A stretch of 63,858 nucleotides of DNA, the filler included, from Octopus bimaculoides (taxonomy: Eukaryota): assembly GCF_001194135.2 (NCBI RefSeq). It is 5 parts of 4 records of this genome, joined end to end, with 100 filler letters (N's around TTAATTAATTAA, not from the genome) between each part and the next. Parts side by side here need not be neighbours in the genome. Positions count along the whole stretch, not along the records: positions 10,875 to 21,461 come from NC_068997.1; positions 21,562 to 52,484 come from NC_068985.1; 3 more parts are not named here. One strand, 5' to 3'. Below the pieces are notes generated by a model, which was given only the letters and a program-made list of their open reading frames with translations, was not told the DNA's origin and did not search any database. This document shows positions 14,567 to 27,779 of the stretch, piece by piece. How positions within the stretch are numbered: the stretch's first letter is position 1; every line of letters begins with the position of its first letter. The translations under genes and the position numbers were made by a program.

Positions 14567-15187
14567 TATATATNNNNNNNNNNNNNNNNNNNNNNNNNNN
14601 NNNNNNNNNNNNNNNNNNNNNNNNNNNNNNNNNNNNNNNNNNNNNNNNNNNNNNNNNNNNNNNNNNNNNNNNNNNNNNNNNNNNNNNNNNNNNNNNNNNN
14701 NNNNNNNNNNNNNNNNNNNNNNNNNNNNNNNNNNNNNNNNNNNNNNNNNNNNNNNNNNNNNNNNNNNNNNNNNNNNNNNNNNNNNNNNNNNNNNNNNNNN
14801 NNNNNNNNNNNNNNNNNNNNNNNNNNNNNNNNNNNNNNNNNNNNNNNNNNNNNNNNNNNNNNNNNNNNNNNNNNNNNNNNNNNNNNNNNNNNNNNNNNNN
14901 NNNNNNNNNNNNNNNNNNNNNNNNNNNNNNNNNNNNNNNNNNNNNNNNNNNNNNNNNNNNNNNNNNNNNNNNNNNNNNNNNNNNNNNNNNNNNNNNNNNN
15001 NNNNNNNNNNNNNNNNNNNNNNNNNNNNNNNNNNNNNNNNNNNNNNNNNNNNNNNNNNNNNNNNNNNNNNNNNNNNNNNNNNNNNNNNNNNNNNNNNNNN
15101 NNNNNNNNNNNNNNNNNNNNNNNNNNNNNNNNNNNNNNNNNNNNNNNNNNNNNNNNNNNNNNNNNNNNNNNNNNNNNNNNNNNNNNN

Positions 15188-15250
<63 letters not shown>

Positions 15251-15254
15251 AAGA

Positions 15255-15342
<88 letters not shown>

Positions 15343-15353
15343 GAGAGAAAGAG

Positions 15354-15394
<41 letters not shown>

Positions 15395-16789
15395 ATATGT
15401 ATACGTAATACCAAGAAAAGTGCATGTAAGTGTGAGATTCCTTGATGAAACAGAAAATTGAATCTGGAACTCATCTATGTATTGAGACACATTGGATGTA
15501 TATAGAGACATATATTACACAGGAATACATGTACACAGGAATACATGTACACATTCACACTTATATACACGCACACGCACTCACACACACACGCACTCAC
15601 ACACACACACACACACATATGTGTGTGTGTGTGTGTCTGTATGCACCATATATAATAAATACTGTATATACATAATATATTTATATATATATGTATATAT
15701 ATTTATACATATACATATATATAGCATATAGATATACATACTATATGCATGTATGTATGCATGTTTATATGCATGTGTGTGTTTGTGTGTGTGTATGTAT
15801 GAGGGATGTTGCTTTGATTGACTGATAGATTGATTGATAGATAACTTCCTCGATACGTAGCGGATTCTAATGGAGTATTCATTGAAAGAAGGGATTAAAC
15901 AGACGCTGCTGTTGGCCAGGTAGTGAGTGGAACTTTTTAAAGAAATCATCTTCTTTGGTCTTATTTTAACTGAGAACTCTTTCTCTCTCTTTTGTTTTGT
16001 TATTGTTGGTCTTGTTTTTTTGTTTTTGTTTTTAGCTCGTATGGTGGAGTTTTTTTTTTTGTGCCACTTCGTCATACATCAGGGGTTTTAAAACTTTTCA
16101 GCAACTTTCTCTGACATATTGCCATGCAGAGAAGTTTTTCTTTTTAATTTACAGCAGGAATATAATCAATATTCAATCTCTCTCCCCCCTCTCTCTCTCA
16201 CTCGCTCGCTCTCTCGTTCTCTATCTTCTCTCCGTCTCCCCCTTTCTCTATCTTCTCTCCGTCTCCCCCTTTCTCTATCTGTCTATCTTTCTTTCTCTCT
16301 CTTTATCTCTCAGTATCCCTTTCATTTCCTGTTTTACTTATACCAACCAACTAGTTATATATATATACAGATAGACATATGCGCGTGTGTGTATGTAGAT
16401 AGAGAAAGATAGATACAAATATCTATATCGATATGCGAATATTTATACATATATATATATATATATATACACATATATATATGTATATATATACACACAT
16501 ACATACATACGTACGTACGTACATGCATACATATATACGTACGTACGTACATACATACATGCATGCATGGATGCATGCATACATACGAATGAATAGTAAC
16601 AAAATTCGGTTGGTGAAAACTGGACAAACCCATCCTCACATGCAGTGGCAGAATGAGTCTAAAAATGTTGGTTGCCAGGACACTAAGGGGGCTCACGTGC
16701 AGCTACAATGCTATCATTTATTCTTTTATAACTTTACTTGTTTCAGACATTAAAAGGATAAGCGATTCCCAACCTATCCTTCCGAATTC

Positions 16790-16930
16790 TGTGCCGCTAC
16801 TGATTCGTTTCCAGTGACGAGGAAGTGAAAACTGTAGTGAAGAAGTGGCTCAAAGTGCAGTCAACAGAATTTTACGGGGCAGGGATACATGCTCTCATTC
16901 GAAGGTGGAACACTGCTATTGAAGCTAAGG
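16790..16930 (+). mobile_element. Mariner transposase C-terminal remnant
   Basis: ...SDEEVKTVVKKWLKVQSTEFYGAGIHALIRRWNTAIE. Confidence 0.8.
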
Positions 16931-18208
16931 CATATTATGCCATCGCAGAAACTAGTCCACGTGAATCCAAATATTTAAATGTATGTAAGTAGATTGTCTT
17001 AACCAAATTTGCATTCGTTTGATTTCTGTAGTTATCACCAGTGTAATTTTTGGCGATTTAATAACGAGTTTTGACTGTTATTTCAAGCAGGTAGACATAC
17101 TTAATATGTCCTTTGATTAATTATACATACATGCATACATACATACATACATACATACATACATACATACATACATACATACATACACACACACATACAT
17201 ATACATATATATATATATGTATATATATATGTATAAAGAATATATTTGTATTGTACGTATATACATAAATATACATACATATACGTACATATATACATAT
17301 ATACATACACACATGTATATATGCCGACAAATGGAGAGAAAGTGAAATGCATTGATCGATGAATGTGTAGACGGAAAGACAACACAGATCGAGCGAAAGA
17401 AACACGAATATGAGAATACAAGAACATGAGAATACGAGTGTATGCGCGTATGTATATGTGTGAGTGTGTGAGTATATATATGTATATATGTGCGCTTGTG
17501 AAGGTTTCAGTTGGGTATTAAGGGTCAGTTTTTGCAAATGTGAGGTGTGTAATTAACAAAGTAATTTGAGAAGGCTGACGACATGCACCACACCTCCCTC
17601 CCATTCTGTTAATTTCTCTACCAAAAGCCACACCATTCGTCCCCACCAAAATGAGTCGTTACGGCGTAATGTGTGAGGTTGGATATGGCTGTTCACTTCT
17701 TCAAATTATCTACCCTGAGGGCAGCAGTTGCTGGTGATGCTTCTATGATTATGGTGGCGACGTGATGGTGGCGTTGATGCTGGAGCTGCTGGTGGTGTTG
17801 GCGTTGGTGTGGCGACGTGATGGTTGCGTTGGTGTTGGTGGAGGTTGTGTCGTGGTGGTTGTAGTGTTGGTAGTGTTAGGTGCACTGTTACATTACGCTG
17901 ATACTGCGATGTTGGTTGTGGGATTGGTTGTTGCGGAGGTCGTATTAGAGGTGGTGGCGCTTGCGTTGGTAGTGTTTTTGTTGTCGCTGTTCTTGCCGCT
18001 CTTGTTGTTGTTGTTGTTGTTGCTCTTGTTCTTGGTGGTTGTTGTAATGACGGTCTTGGTGTGCTTAGTGTAACGTTGGCGGTCACACGCAGTGGTCTTA
18101 ATGGAGAAAGGTGGCGCTGGTGTTTGTAGTGATACTACTGCTGCTGTGTTACTGTTGTTGTTGGAGGTAGTACTAGTGTTGTTTTTTGTGATGCTGGTGG
18201 CAGTGAGT

Positions 18209-18410
18209 GAAGGCACAAAGCTCAGTGGTTAGAGCATCGGGCTCACAATCATGAGATAGTGAGTTCGATTCCTGGACCGGGTTGCGTGCTGTGACCTTGA
18301 GCAAGACACTTTATTTCACGTTGCTCTAGTTTACTCAGCTATAGAAATGAGTTGCAACGTCACTGGTGCCATGCTGTATCGGCCCCTTTGCCTTTCCCTT
18401 GGATAACAAT
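18209..18410 (+). mobile_element. tRNA-derived SINE (same family)
   Basis: gctcagtggttagagc...gagttcgattcc...cttgagcaagacactttatttcacgttgctc. Confidence 0.85.
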
Positions 18411-19155
18411 AAATGAGTCAACTTCCCATACAAATGCTTACATTTGTACGGGAAGTTGACTCATTTAATGTGAGAATAGGCTTTTACAGAAGAAAAAAAT
18501 ACTCATAGTAGAAGAAATGTATGAAAAGAAGATGGCGTTGGGGTGGTGAAAATTTCTTTCGATCTTGTATGTAACGGTTTTAGTGGTGGCGGTAGTGGTA
18601 GTGCTGGTGGCGTTGGTGTTGGTGGTGTTGGCGTTGGTGGTGGTGGCGTTGGTGGTGGCGGTGGTGTTGTTGATGTTGGTGTTGCGCATGTTAGCAATCT
18701 GGATGCCCGTTATGGCTGTGATAATGGTAATAAGTGAGAATATTTTAAATTATGATCATTATCATTAACGCCATCTTGACATCAATGACAGAATCTTCGC
18801 GATCGCCTCTACCCGTTTTCATGAAAACCAGTGTATTTTATGATAAATACAAAGAACCATATTAAAACGAGAGGCGTCGACAGAATTCAGGCAATCGCCA
18901 CATTTAGAAATGGTGTTGGGGTTGCTAGCAACGGTGGTGTTGGTGGTCATTGGTAGAGGGAGTCCAGGTGGTCATTGGTAGAGGGAGTCCAGGTGGTCCT
19001 AGCAGGCATAGAAAATTGCTTTCCTTTGATCATTCCTTGCCCGGCTCTTTGCTGTGACAACATCACAAACGACTTAAAAGGGGTTGTTTCACCAGCTAAA
19101 AATAGAAATTAATATCTCCATCGTATTTGTATTGTGCCGCTTTTTTAAATAAAAA

Positions 19156-19622
19156 GGAGTGGCTGTGTGGTAAGTAGCTTGCTTACCAACCACAGGGTTC
19201 CGAGTTCATTCCCATTGCGTAGCACCTTGGGCAATAGTCTTCTACTATAGCTTCGGACAAACCAATGCCTTTTGAGTGGATCTGGTAGACGGAAACTGAA
19301 GGAAGTCCGTCGTATATTTGTATTTATATATATATATGCATGTGTGTGTATATGTTTGTGTGTCTGTGTTTGTGCCCCCACCATCGTTTGACAACCGATG
19401 CTGGTGTGTTTACATCCCCGTAACTTAGCGTTTCGGCAAAAGAGACTGATAGAATNNNNNNNNNNTGTTTACATCCCCGTAACTTAGCGTTTCGGCAAAA
19501 GAGACTGATAGAATAAGTACTAGGCTTACAAAGAATAAGTCCTGGGGTCGATTTGCTCGACTAAAGGTGGTGCTCCAGCATGGCCGCTGTCAAATAACTG
19601 AAACGAGTAAAAGAGTAAAAGA
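19156..19622 (+). mobile_element. Bipartite tRNA-derived SINE with internal (TA)/(TG) microsatellite
   Basis: Head ggagtggctgtgtggtaag...ttggtagacggaaactgaaggaagtccgtcg, tail tgtccccc..cgtttgacaacc...gaaacgagtaaaaga. Related copies at about 5525-5752, 6800-6900, 7230-7430, 10577-10745, 21282-21440, 41740-42060 and 44007-44130. Confidence 0.85.
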
Positions 19623-19649
19623 GTTAGACAATGTGGATCTAGATATTTC

Positions 19650-20183
19650 GTTTGAATAAAAGTCACCCTGAGCTGGAAGCATCTACATTAGGATTCTGGA
19701 ACCAATGTCATGGTGATGTAAGAAGAGGAAAACGTCAACACACATCAACAATTTGATTGCAGACACTAGCCTGGAATATAGCTTTCACCTCGAGACAGTG
19801 ATGAGAAGTGTGGCAGGCGGACTTTGCCGCTGTGGCCCGGGTTGAAACTCGACCATGGCAATAGTAAATAATAATCTAGGGATTTTTACATAAATTATTT
19901 TGTTTTTCCTTTTGAATACATTAAGAGTGACTCCAAAAATTCGCTCAAAACATTGCTGTCAAAATGGCGGATAGTTAAATTAATTGTGTCATGCGCTAAA
20001 TATACTTCAGTAACACGTAAATGGTACACATGCCTGTGGGATATTCAGCCACTTTTATGTTAATTCAAAGAAGTTAATCAGTTGGTCGAACAAGAGTCTT
20101 CATAAAGTACAACTTACTGAATACGAAACCTCGTGCAGTTACATTGGTATGGCGGTGCAATACCAAAACGCATGATTACAATT
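19650..20183 (-). pseudogene. WDR90: WDR90-like relic exons (20118-20183, about 19920-20051, about 19650-19870)
   Basis: cattttttgcag|...TTCA|gtaagt; AEYPTGMCTIYV...LSAILTAMF*ANFWSH (~ARFLLIAAGRTIKVWDY); NPGHSGKVRLPHFS (~GHSEPVQAVAFS). Confidence 0.45.
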
Positions 20184-20230
20184 CTGCAAAAAATGTGGAA
20201 CTATGAAGAAGAGAGAGAAGGAGAGTGGGA

Positions 20231-20301
<71 letters not shown>

Positions 20302-20575
20302 NNNNNNNNNNNNNNNNNNNNNNNNNNNNNNNNNNNNNNNNNNNNNNNNNNNNNNNNNNNNNNNNNNNNNNNNNNNNNNNNNNNNNNNNNNNNNNNNNNN
20401 NNNNNNNNNNNNNNNNNNNNNNNNNNNNNNNNNNNNNNNNNNNNNNNNNNNNNNNNNNNNNNNNNNNNNNNNNNNNNNNNNNNNNNNNNNNNNNNNNNNN
20501 NNNNNNNNNNNNNNNNNNNNNNNNNNNNNNNNNNNNNNNNNNNNNNNNNNNNNNNNNNNNNNNNNNNNNNNNGTA

Positions 20576-20651
<76 letters not shown>

Positions 20652-20883
20652 TGTATATAGATGTATATATATATATATATGCATATATATATGTATATAT
20701 ATAAATATGTGTATATATATGTATATATATATATACATATATGTATATATATATATATATGTATAGATACATATATGTATATATGTGTATATACATGTAT
20801 ACATATATGCACATATATATGTATGTATATATACATATATGTATATATGTATATGCATACATAATACATACATATATACATAT

Positions 20884-20926
<43 letters not shown>

Positions 20927-21173
20927 ATGCACATACTCAGAAATTGAAACTAATCTCGAAGACGACGCCTGCCGTAGGCTGTTAGATATCTGGAGGCGGT
21001 TGGTCTGGTTTTTGCTGATAAATTTATGTCATTTTCCGCAGAAAGTCTCATAAAATGGGCAACTAATTAACACAACTGCCAGTGACTTCCAGATCAAACT
21101 TACCAAAACGCATTTGGCTCCCATTCACCTTCGCTCTCTACCTCTCACACCCTCTCTCTGTCCTCTCCCTCAG

Positions 21174-21222
<49 letters not shown>

Positions 21223-21559
21223 GTCTGTCACACTCTTTCTGTCTGTGTCTCTTTGCTCATGGCAGGCTACTAAGCTTTTATAGGTGTAGGAGTGGCTTTA
21301 TGGTAAGAAATTTGCTTCCCAACTACAAGGATCCGGGTTCAGTCCCAATGCGTGGCACGTTGGGCAAGTGTCTGCTAATATAGCCTCGGTCCAACGAAAA
21401 CCTCGTGAGTGGTTTCTGAAACTGGAAGAAGCCCGTCGTATATATATATATATATATATATNNNNNNNNNNNNNNNNNNNNNNNNNNNNNNNNNNNNNNN
21501 NNNNNTTAATTAATTAANNNNNNNNNNNNNNNNNNNNNNNNNNNNNNNNNNNNNNNNNN

Positions 21560-21695
21560 NNGTTATGTATTTGTCTGAATATTTTTTTTTTATACCTAAG
21601 GCCCCTACTATGATAGCAATTGTTTCTGTTTTTAGATTCCACATTCGAGTTATCTCTATTTCCAGGTCTTTGTATTTTGAAAGTTTTTCCATTTC

Positions 21696-21700
<5 letters not shown>
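21560..21700 (-). mobile_element. 5'-truncated Dong/R4-type fragment abutting (TAA)n
   Basis: KEMEKLSKYKDLEIEITRMWNLKTETIAIIVGALG directly next to (ATT)n at 21698-21770. Confidence 0.85.
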
Positions 21701-21770
<70 letters not shown>

Positions 21771-22329
21771 TAGCAATGTCCCCCAGCGTTGCTCGGGAGT
21801 TATGACCTAGAAGCACATTGTATTATTTGCTCCTTTTTTATGGGCAGAATCGAGACAGCTGTTATACAGTTAATGGAATAATGTAAGTTATTTTTTGTTT
21901 AATAGTGAAGGGCGAGAGTACAATGTGCATGGGTTTGTTTGAAAGTACTTTCTGTTCCTACAGTGCTTCATCGTATAAAAGCGGGTTAATGTGGTCCAGA
22001 AATCACGCTTTCAAAATTTTAATTTCCCTCTATCCCTACCGCAACTTCTTAATTTGTCACTTTTTTCAATGTTTTCACTTTTTGTTATCTACTTACAAAA
22101 AAAATACAGAGATTACGAATGTGGGAAATATATATGTTTTGTTATAGCTTATTTCTTCTTTAAAAAAAAGCACTCAATGCCTCTTCTCCCACCTCGCCCA
22201 CCCATTACGCCTACCAGCTTTCAAGCTGGAATGTCCTAATGTTTCACTTTTATCTCATGCTTCCCCACATGCGTAGAATACTACTGAAATAGTAGACTTA
22301 TAAAATACCAAGCCACCACCAGAAAACCT

Positions 22330-23400
22330 GACAAGCTAGAAACAACAGGTAAGCGACATTATTTCTGAAGAAATGAGTGAGTATCCTGCTTCTTTTGTGG
22401 CTGCAGTGGCTGCCGCATATATTATGTCATTTAGCTCAGTAATATTGCCTGTTGTTTCTGTGGTTGTTAGTTCTGCGACGGCCAGGTTTATGCTATTTAT
22501 TATTCATGTTGTTTTATGGTCTATTTTGATTTTTGGGAGATATAATCTGTTGTCTATTCTAAGATCTGTGGTTTTCAGTTCTTTGGTTATTCTCATTTTC
22601 ATAGTATCGTAATCATTAGGTTTCCCTTCGTTATCCCCAGGCTTTAGATTTGTTTTGCCTTCCTTTTCATTCATATGTTTGTCTGTGGTGTTCTGGATTG
22701 GTGCTTTTTGTACACTATTATACATCTCTACGGTCTGGGTTTGTTGTTTTTTGTTTACTTCGTTTTTGCCGGAAATGTTACGTTTGTCCCCGTGTTCTGC
22801 TATCGCAGTGTTTATGTTATTATTTGGCATTGCTGCGTGGCTACTATCTAGATTTTCCTGATGTATTTTCCCTTTCAATCGTTCTATTTCTATTTCTGAT
22901 ATTTTTTTTTGCTTTTAGAATATATCTTCTTATGTTAGCTAGTTTGTTACGGTTCATTGTTCTATCGAGGTCTTTATTTACATTATTTTTCTTCCATATT
23001 TTATATGTACGTGTTGTTGCGTTTTCGTTTTTTGGGTAGAGCACTGCTGTGAAATGAGCGCGTAGGATCGAAATGAATTCCTCACGTGTCCATTTATGCC
23101 GTGTTGGTTTTGTTTGCGCGACATGAGGAACAACGTGCGGCCCTTTACTTTGACGGTCATCGTTTTCGTAGGGTACCGGTTCATTCATTTCTGTTGTCAG
23201 ATTGTTTTGCACGTTCAGATCTTCGTACTTTTTGCGTAATAAGCTTACAGTACGCACTTCTCGGTTGTTATTCGCGGGTGGAATAATGCCGGTGTTATTT
23301 AATCTGTTTGTAATTTGTTTGTACATGGTGTTTGGTTTCCGAGATGGCCTGATGTTGATGTTGATGTATCACGTGTGTTTACGATCGCTGTGCGGGTAGT
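22330..23400 (-). mobile_element. Dong/R4-type element N-terminal ORF region
   Basis: RHKWTREEFISILRAHFTA...TTRTYKIW...MNRNKLANIRRYILK, typical of the R4/Dong ORF N-terminus; frameshifted. Confidence 0.7.
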
Positions 23401-23576
23401 GGAGGTATCAAGTTAAAATACATCATTATATTTGGAAAAATAGAAATATATTTCAAGGAGTATTACTTACTCGGATATAGTCCAACCCTTTGTCAGCTAT
23501 TTTTTAACTCCATGCGATGTCTTTATTTCCGATGTTTTTGGATAAATTTCGGAGCAGTGATTTATCGTTCTCACAT

Positions 23577-23746
23577 GTTAAACATCCCCGGTGTAATCTC
23601 TGTTAAACATCCCCGGTGTAGTCCTTAAACATCCTCGGTGTAGTCTTAAACATCCCCGGTGTAGTCCTTAAACATCCCTGGTGTAGTCCTTAAACATCCC
23701 CGGTGTAGTCTTAAACATCCCCGGTGTAGTCTTAAACATCCCCGGT

Positions 23747-23750
<4 letters not shown>
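23577..23750. repeat. Minisatellite, 8 copies of a 21-25 bp unit aaacatccccggtgtagtc(c)tt
   Basis: Direct tandem copies with no spacers. Confidence 0.95.
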
Positions 23751-23781
<31 letters not shown>

Positions 23782-24930
23782 TAGTTTTATTTTTATAACG
23801 TGCTTTCACTTCACTACCGAGCGCAGCTCTGTGCGCCTTGGGTATATGCTGTGGTTTGCTGTGGTGCTCTTATGTTTACTGTATTGAAAGTGTTTTGCGT
23901 AGAATGTGTGCAGTACCCAGTAGTGCAATTTTCTGTATGTTATATATATTTGTAAGTCCTGGTGTTTTTGTTATGTATTTGTCTGAATATTTTTTTATTA
24001 TACCTAAGGCACCTACTATGATAGGAATTGTTTCTGTTTTTNNNNNNNNNNNNNNNNNNNNNNNNNNNNNNNNNNNNNNNNNNNNNNNNNNNNNNNNNNN
24101 NNNNNNNNNNNNNNNNNNNNNNNNNNNNNNNNNNNNNNNNNNNNNNNNNNNNNNNNNNNNNNNNNNNNNNNNNNNNNNNNNNNNNNNNNNNNNNNNNNNN
24201 NNNNNNNNNNNNNNNNNNNNNNNNNNNNNNNNNNNNNNNNNNNNNNNNNNNNNNNNNNNNNNNNNNNNNNNNNNNNNNNNNNNNNNNNNNNNNNNNNNNN
24301 NNNNNNNNNNNNNNNNNNNNNNNNNNNNNNNNNNNNNNNNNNNNNNNNNNNNNNNNNNNNNNNNNNNNNNNNNNNNNNNNNNNNNNNNNNNNNNNNNNNN
24401 NNNNNNNNNNNNNNNNNNNNNNNNNNNNNNNNNNNNNNNNNNNNNNNNNNNNNNNNNNNNNNNNNNNNNNNNNNNNNNNNNNNNNNNNNNNNNNNNNNNN
24501 NNNNNNNNNNNNNNNNNNNNNNNNNNNNNNNNNNNNNNNNNNNNNNNNNNNNNNNNNNNNNNNNNNNNNNNNNNNNNNNNNNNNNNNNNNNNNNNNNNNN
24601 NNNNNNNNNNNNNNNNNNNNNNNNNNNNNNNNNNNNNNNNNNNNNNNNNNNNNNNNNNNNNNNNNNNNNNNNNNNNNNNNNNNNNNNNNNNNNNNNNNNN
24701 NGTTGCTGTTCTAGTTTTAGTTTGGATTTCATTTGTTTTATAGCTTTTGTTGTTTCTTCTTCTTTTTCTTCGTATTTGTTAGGTAGATTGATTTCTTGTT
24801 TGTATTTGTCAGCTTCCTTAAATACTGAAAACAGTTTTTTGTTTTGCTCGTGTTTTGTGGCTATTTGTATTAGTTTCCCTTGCTTCTGGAGTAGGTATTT
24901 TTGCAGTCCTATGGTGGTTATTTTATAATA
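23750..24930 (-). mobile_element. Dong/R4-type element 3' part (gap-interrupted) between (TAA)n tracts
   Basis: ...IVGALGIIKKYSDKYITKTPGLTNIYNIQKIALLGTAHILRKTLSIQ*, 3' UTR ending aaaataaaactactgaataataat. YYKITTIGLQKYL.. on the far side of the gap. Confidence 0.85.
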
Positions 24931-24991
24931 GTTATTATTATTATTATTATTATTATTGTTGTTGTTGTTGTTGTTGTTATTATTGTTGTTA

Positions 24992-25044
<53 letters not shown>

Positions 25045-25049
25045 GAGTG

Positions 25050-25505
25050 AGAGAGCAGTGCAGTCCATCAAGGTGAAACTGGGGTAAAACATACGAGGCC
25101 CAGTATACACATCATGACTATCCGTCCGATAAGGGTACACCGGCACATGCATCAGAACAATATGTGCGCGACAGGATGATCTCATATCAAGATAAACAGC
25201 GCTTGACCTTGCGGGTGGAACTGAGTTAGAATTTTCTGCAGGTGGACTAGGTCATCCCACTCAAATGGTTCTTGAAAAGGTGCTCTTTAAGGAAGTTGAA
25301 CGAAACATCCATGTTTCCAGAGGTGAATTATTCAAACCCAAAATAATTCCTTACAACACATGTCTATGATGTTCCCCTGCTTCTTCAGCTCGTAATCAGA
25401 GATGCACATACCATCATCCACTAAGAGACATGCTCGACTGTTTAAGGTCAAGCCACTGACAAGGAAATCTAAGATACTGAGCAGAATATTTGCTGTTGCC
25501 CATCT
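25050..25505. repeat. Dispersed repeat homologous to about 32800-33230
   Basis: Shared blocks, e.g. ccatgtttccag..gaattattcaaaccc and ctgagttagaa/ccagttagaa, same orientation. Confidence 0.7.
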
Positions 25506-25535
25506 TTTATAACAAGAGAAAACATCTATTATTAC

Positions 25536-25656
<121 letters not shown>

Positions 25657-25899
25657 TCTTAGACCTTTGCATTGTATTTGTACAAGTTGACTCCAAGTCT
25701 CACTCAGAGATCTCAAGAGACAAGTTAGAATTTCAAATTGGTACTATGCCTAGGGTGCCAGATATTTGGTTCTAGAGAATGTTTAAGAAAATATAAGAAA
25801 ACTATGAGTTCGTTTTGAAATTTGAGATAACAATAAAAGTATTATACGTAGTATATGGGCAGTTCCGACGAGCACTATCTTTTGAATTGCTGCCATTTC

Positions 25900-26080
25900 G
25901 GGGGTTTCCTGTTAACTGAGCTAGGTAGGATTCAGCGCCTTTTGCTATCATTCCTTATTTGAAGGTCTTTATATTTGCTCAGTTTTTAGTGGGTCTTGGC
26001 ACATAAACTTCTGTCTATTGAGACAGTCATATCAATGAGGAGGCATGATTTTTGTCTGGAGTCTTTCAATATATTGTCTG
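25900..26080 (-). mobile_element. Dong/R4-type endonuclease fragment
   Basis: PDNILKDSRQKSCLLIDMTVSIDRSLCAKTH*KLSKYKDLQI. Confidence 0.75.
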
Positions 26081-26639
26081 GCCTATGTATGTATGCATAA
26101 TTTTGGTTTGAAGGATTGAAGTAATGTACCACAAAGTTAAGCAAGTATATTTCCAATCTGTTAGTTTTCTACTATAGTATCAGCGTGGATTCAAGGATTG
26201 TTGTCTTGAAAAAAGGTTAATGAATTATAACATGAATGCTGAAGGATGTATTTAAAATGTTCTGTATGATTTGTAACTTTTCTTTCACAACGACATATCA
26301 CAGGTCAATGATAACTTATAATATAACTGATGATAACAGAAAATTACAACACGATGATATTAACAATACTATATATTATGAAAATGATGATAGGTAAGGC
26401 AACAGATAATAACATCGTTGATGTTTATGGAAACAACAGAAATTCTTCCAAAAGAGTTTGTGCGTTAACTTTTCATGACATTCTTTAAAACTAAAATGCA
26501 TTTTCCATGTGAAAGCAATCAAGAGATTCATGAGATTTAGTAATATAAGAAACTTCCCATAATTAAACCCTTTGTCGGGAAAAATATTCGCAACGCTGTT
26601 TGTGTGTCGGACAAACTAATATACTGTTTTTCTTCCGGA

Positions 26640-27779
26640 TCTTTATGCTTTCAATTCACATTTTAGTCACGGTCAACATCACCTTTCAAGCACTCGTGGT
26701 CAAAAAAATATAATATCAGTCAGATGCTGGTGATGGTGCTTTCAGCAAAGTCTCTCTACAAAATTGTAGGCTTAGGATTTGTTAGAAACAATTAATGAGT
26801 CTGTCTTTCAATTAGATATTTCACATAAATCTGAAGTTGGGAGTTTTCATTTAAATACGATTGCTTTAAAACAAGAGTTGTTTTATTTTTGCCTTTCAAA
26901 AATGCATAGGCTCTCTTAAGCGGTTCGTGTCGGAAGTGTTAAAGAACATAATGCTCAGCTTCGGCACAAATCTTAAACAATCAGACCTGTTGAAATGATA
27001 ACGTGGTTTATTTGATAGATATACATTGTTCTGCTTTCTTTGGTTGGAAAGGAGGAATAACTGCTTTGTTTTGCCTCGTTCTTACATTGATCATAACCTG
27101 TATGATTCAATTGTGAAAATGGCAATTTCTTTTTGTATAATAGCAATAATACTATAAGATTTGCTGTTTGGGATCGTAAAATGAAGAATTCCATTGGTCA
27201 GCATGACATTGGAAGAGAAACTGATAATATATTGTTTCTGTATCAGTCATGTCAGGAATTTCATTTCATGCATTGTCATTCATGATTTCTACAGAAGCAT
27301 GAATAGACTACTTCCTGAATACAATCTTCACTGTATTGTTGCCATCTATAGAAATGTCAAACATGAACAGTTTGGAAAAGTATGTGAATAGGAAATACGG
27401 AGTTTACTACCATTTTATCATGCCTAATTCTATGAGAATGTCAGTTGTGAATTATAAACTATAACACGGCTGCTCCGTGTTTAATGTCTTAAATTTCAAG
27501 CATTCTAATTTGGCAAATTCATCTTAAACATTCTGCGCTTTCTAGAGATTGTAAATTTGTGGGATTCAGCTAGCGTGGGTTACAGTCCTATATTCAAAAT
27601 TTGGTACAGTGCAGTACCTGCATTTAGTATCTGAGGGTATCAATATTTCATTGCAAACTTCATGATAATGGCTGCATTCTCCTACTGGCAAGATATTACT
27701 ATGCCTGATATTGAAATTGCCATCATTCATCATTCCTTTTATCACATTTTCTGTGAAATCCAGCATCCTGAAACCTGAC
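26640..27779 (-). pseudogene. WDR90: WDR90-like relic WD40 exons (27618-27779, 27411-27541, about 26980-27345, about 26640-26755)
   Basis: SGFRMLDFTENVIKG...LPVGE|gtactg; SAECLR*ICQIRMLEI*D; DTETIYYQFLFQCHADQWNSSFYDPKQQIL, then IAIFTIES and YD..FPTK in shifted frames; KHHHQHLTDII. WD40-blade-like and colinear with WDR90. Confidence 0.6.

Noticed and set aside
19396-19520. Direct duplication across a short N gap (also about 800-860)
   Set aside because: Identical overlap flanking a small gap; typical unmerged contig ends.
23577-23750. CRISPR-like repeat array
   Set aside because: Contiguous tandem units, no unique spacers, no cas genes, eukaryotic context.
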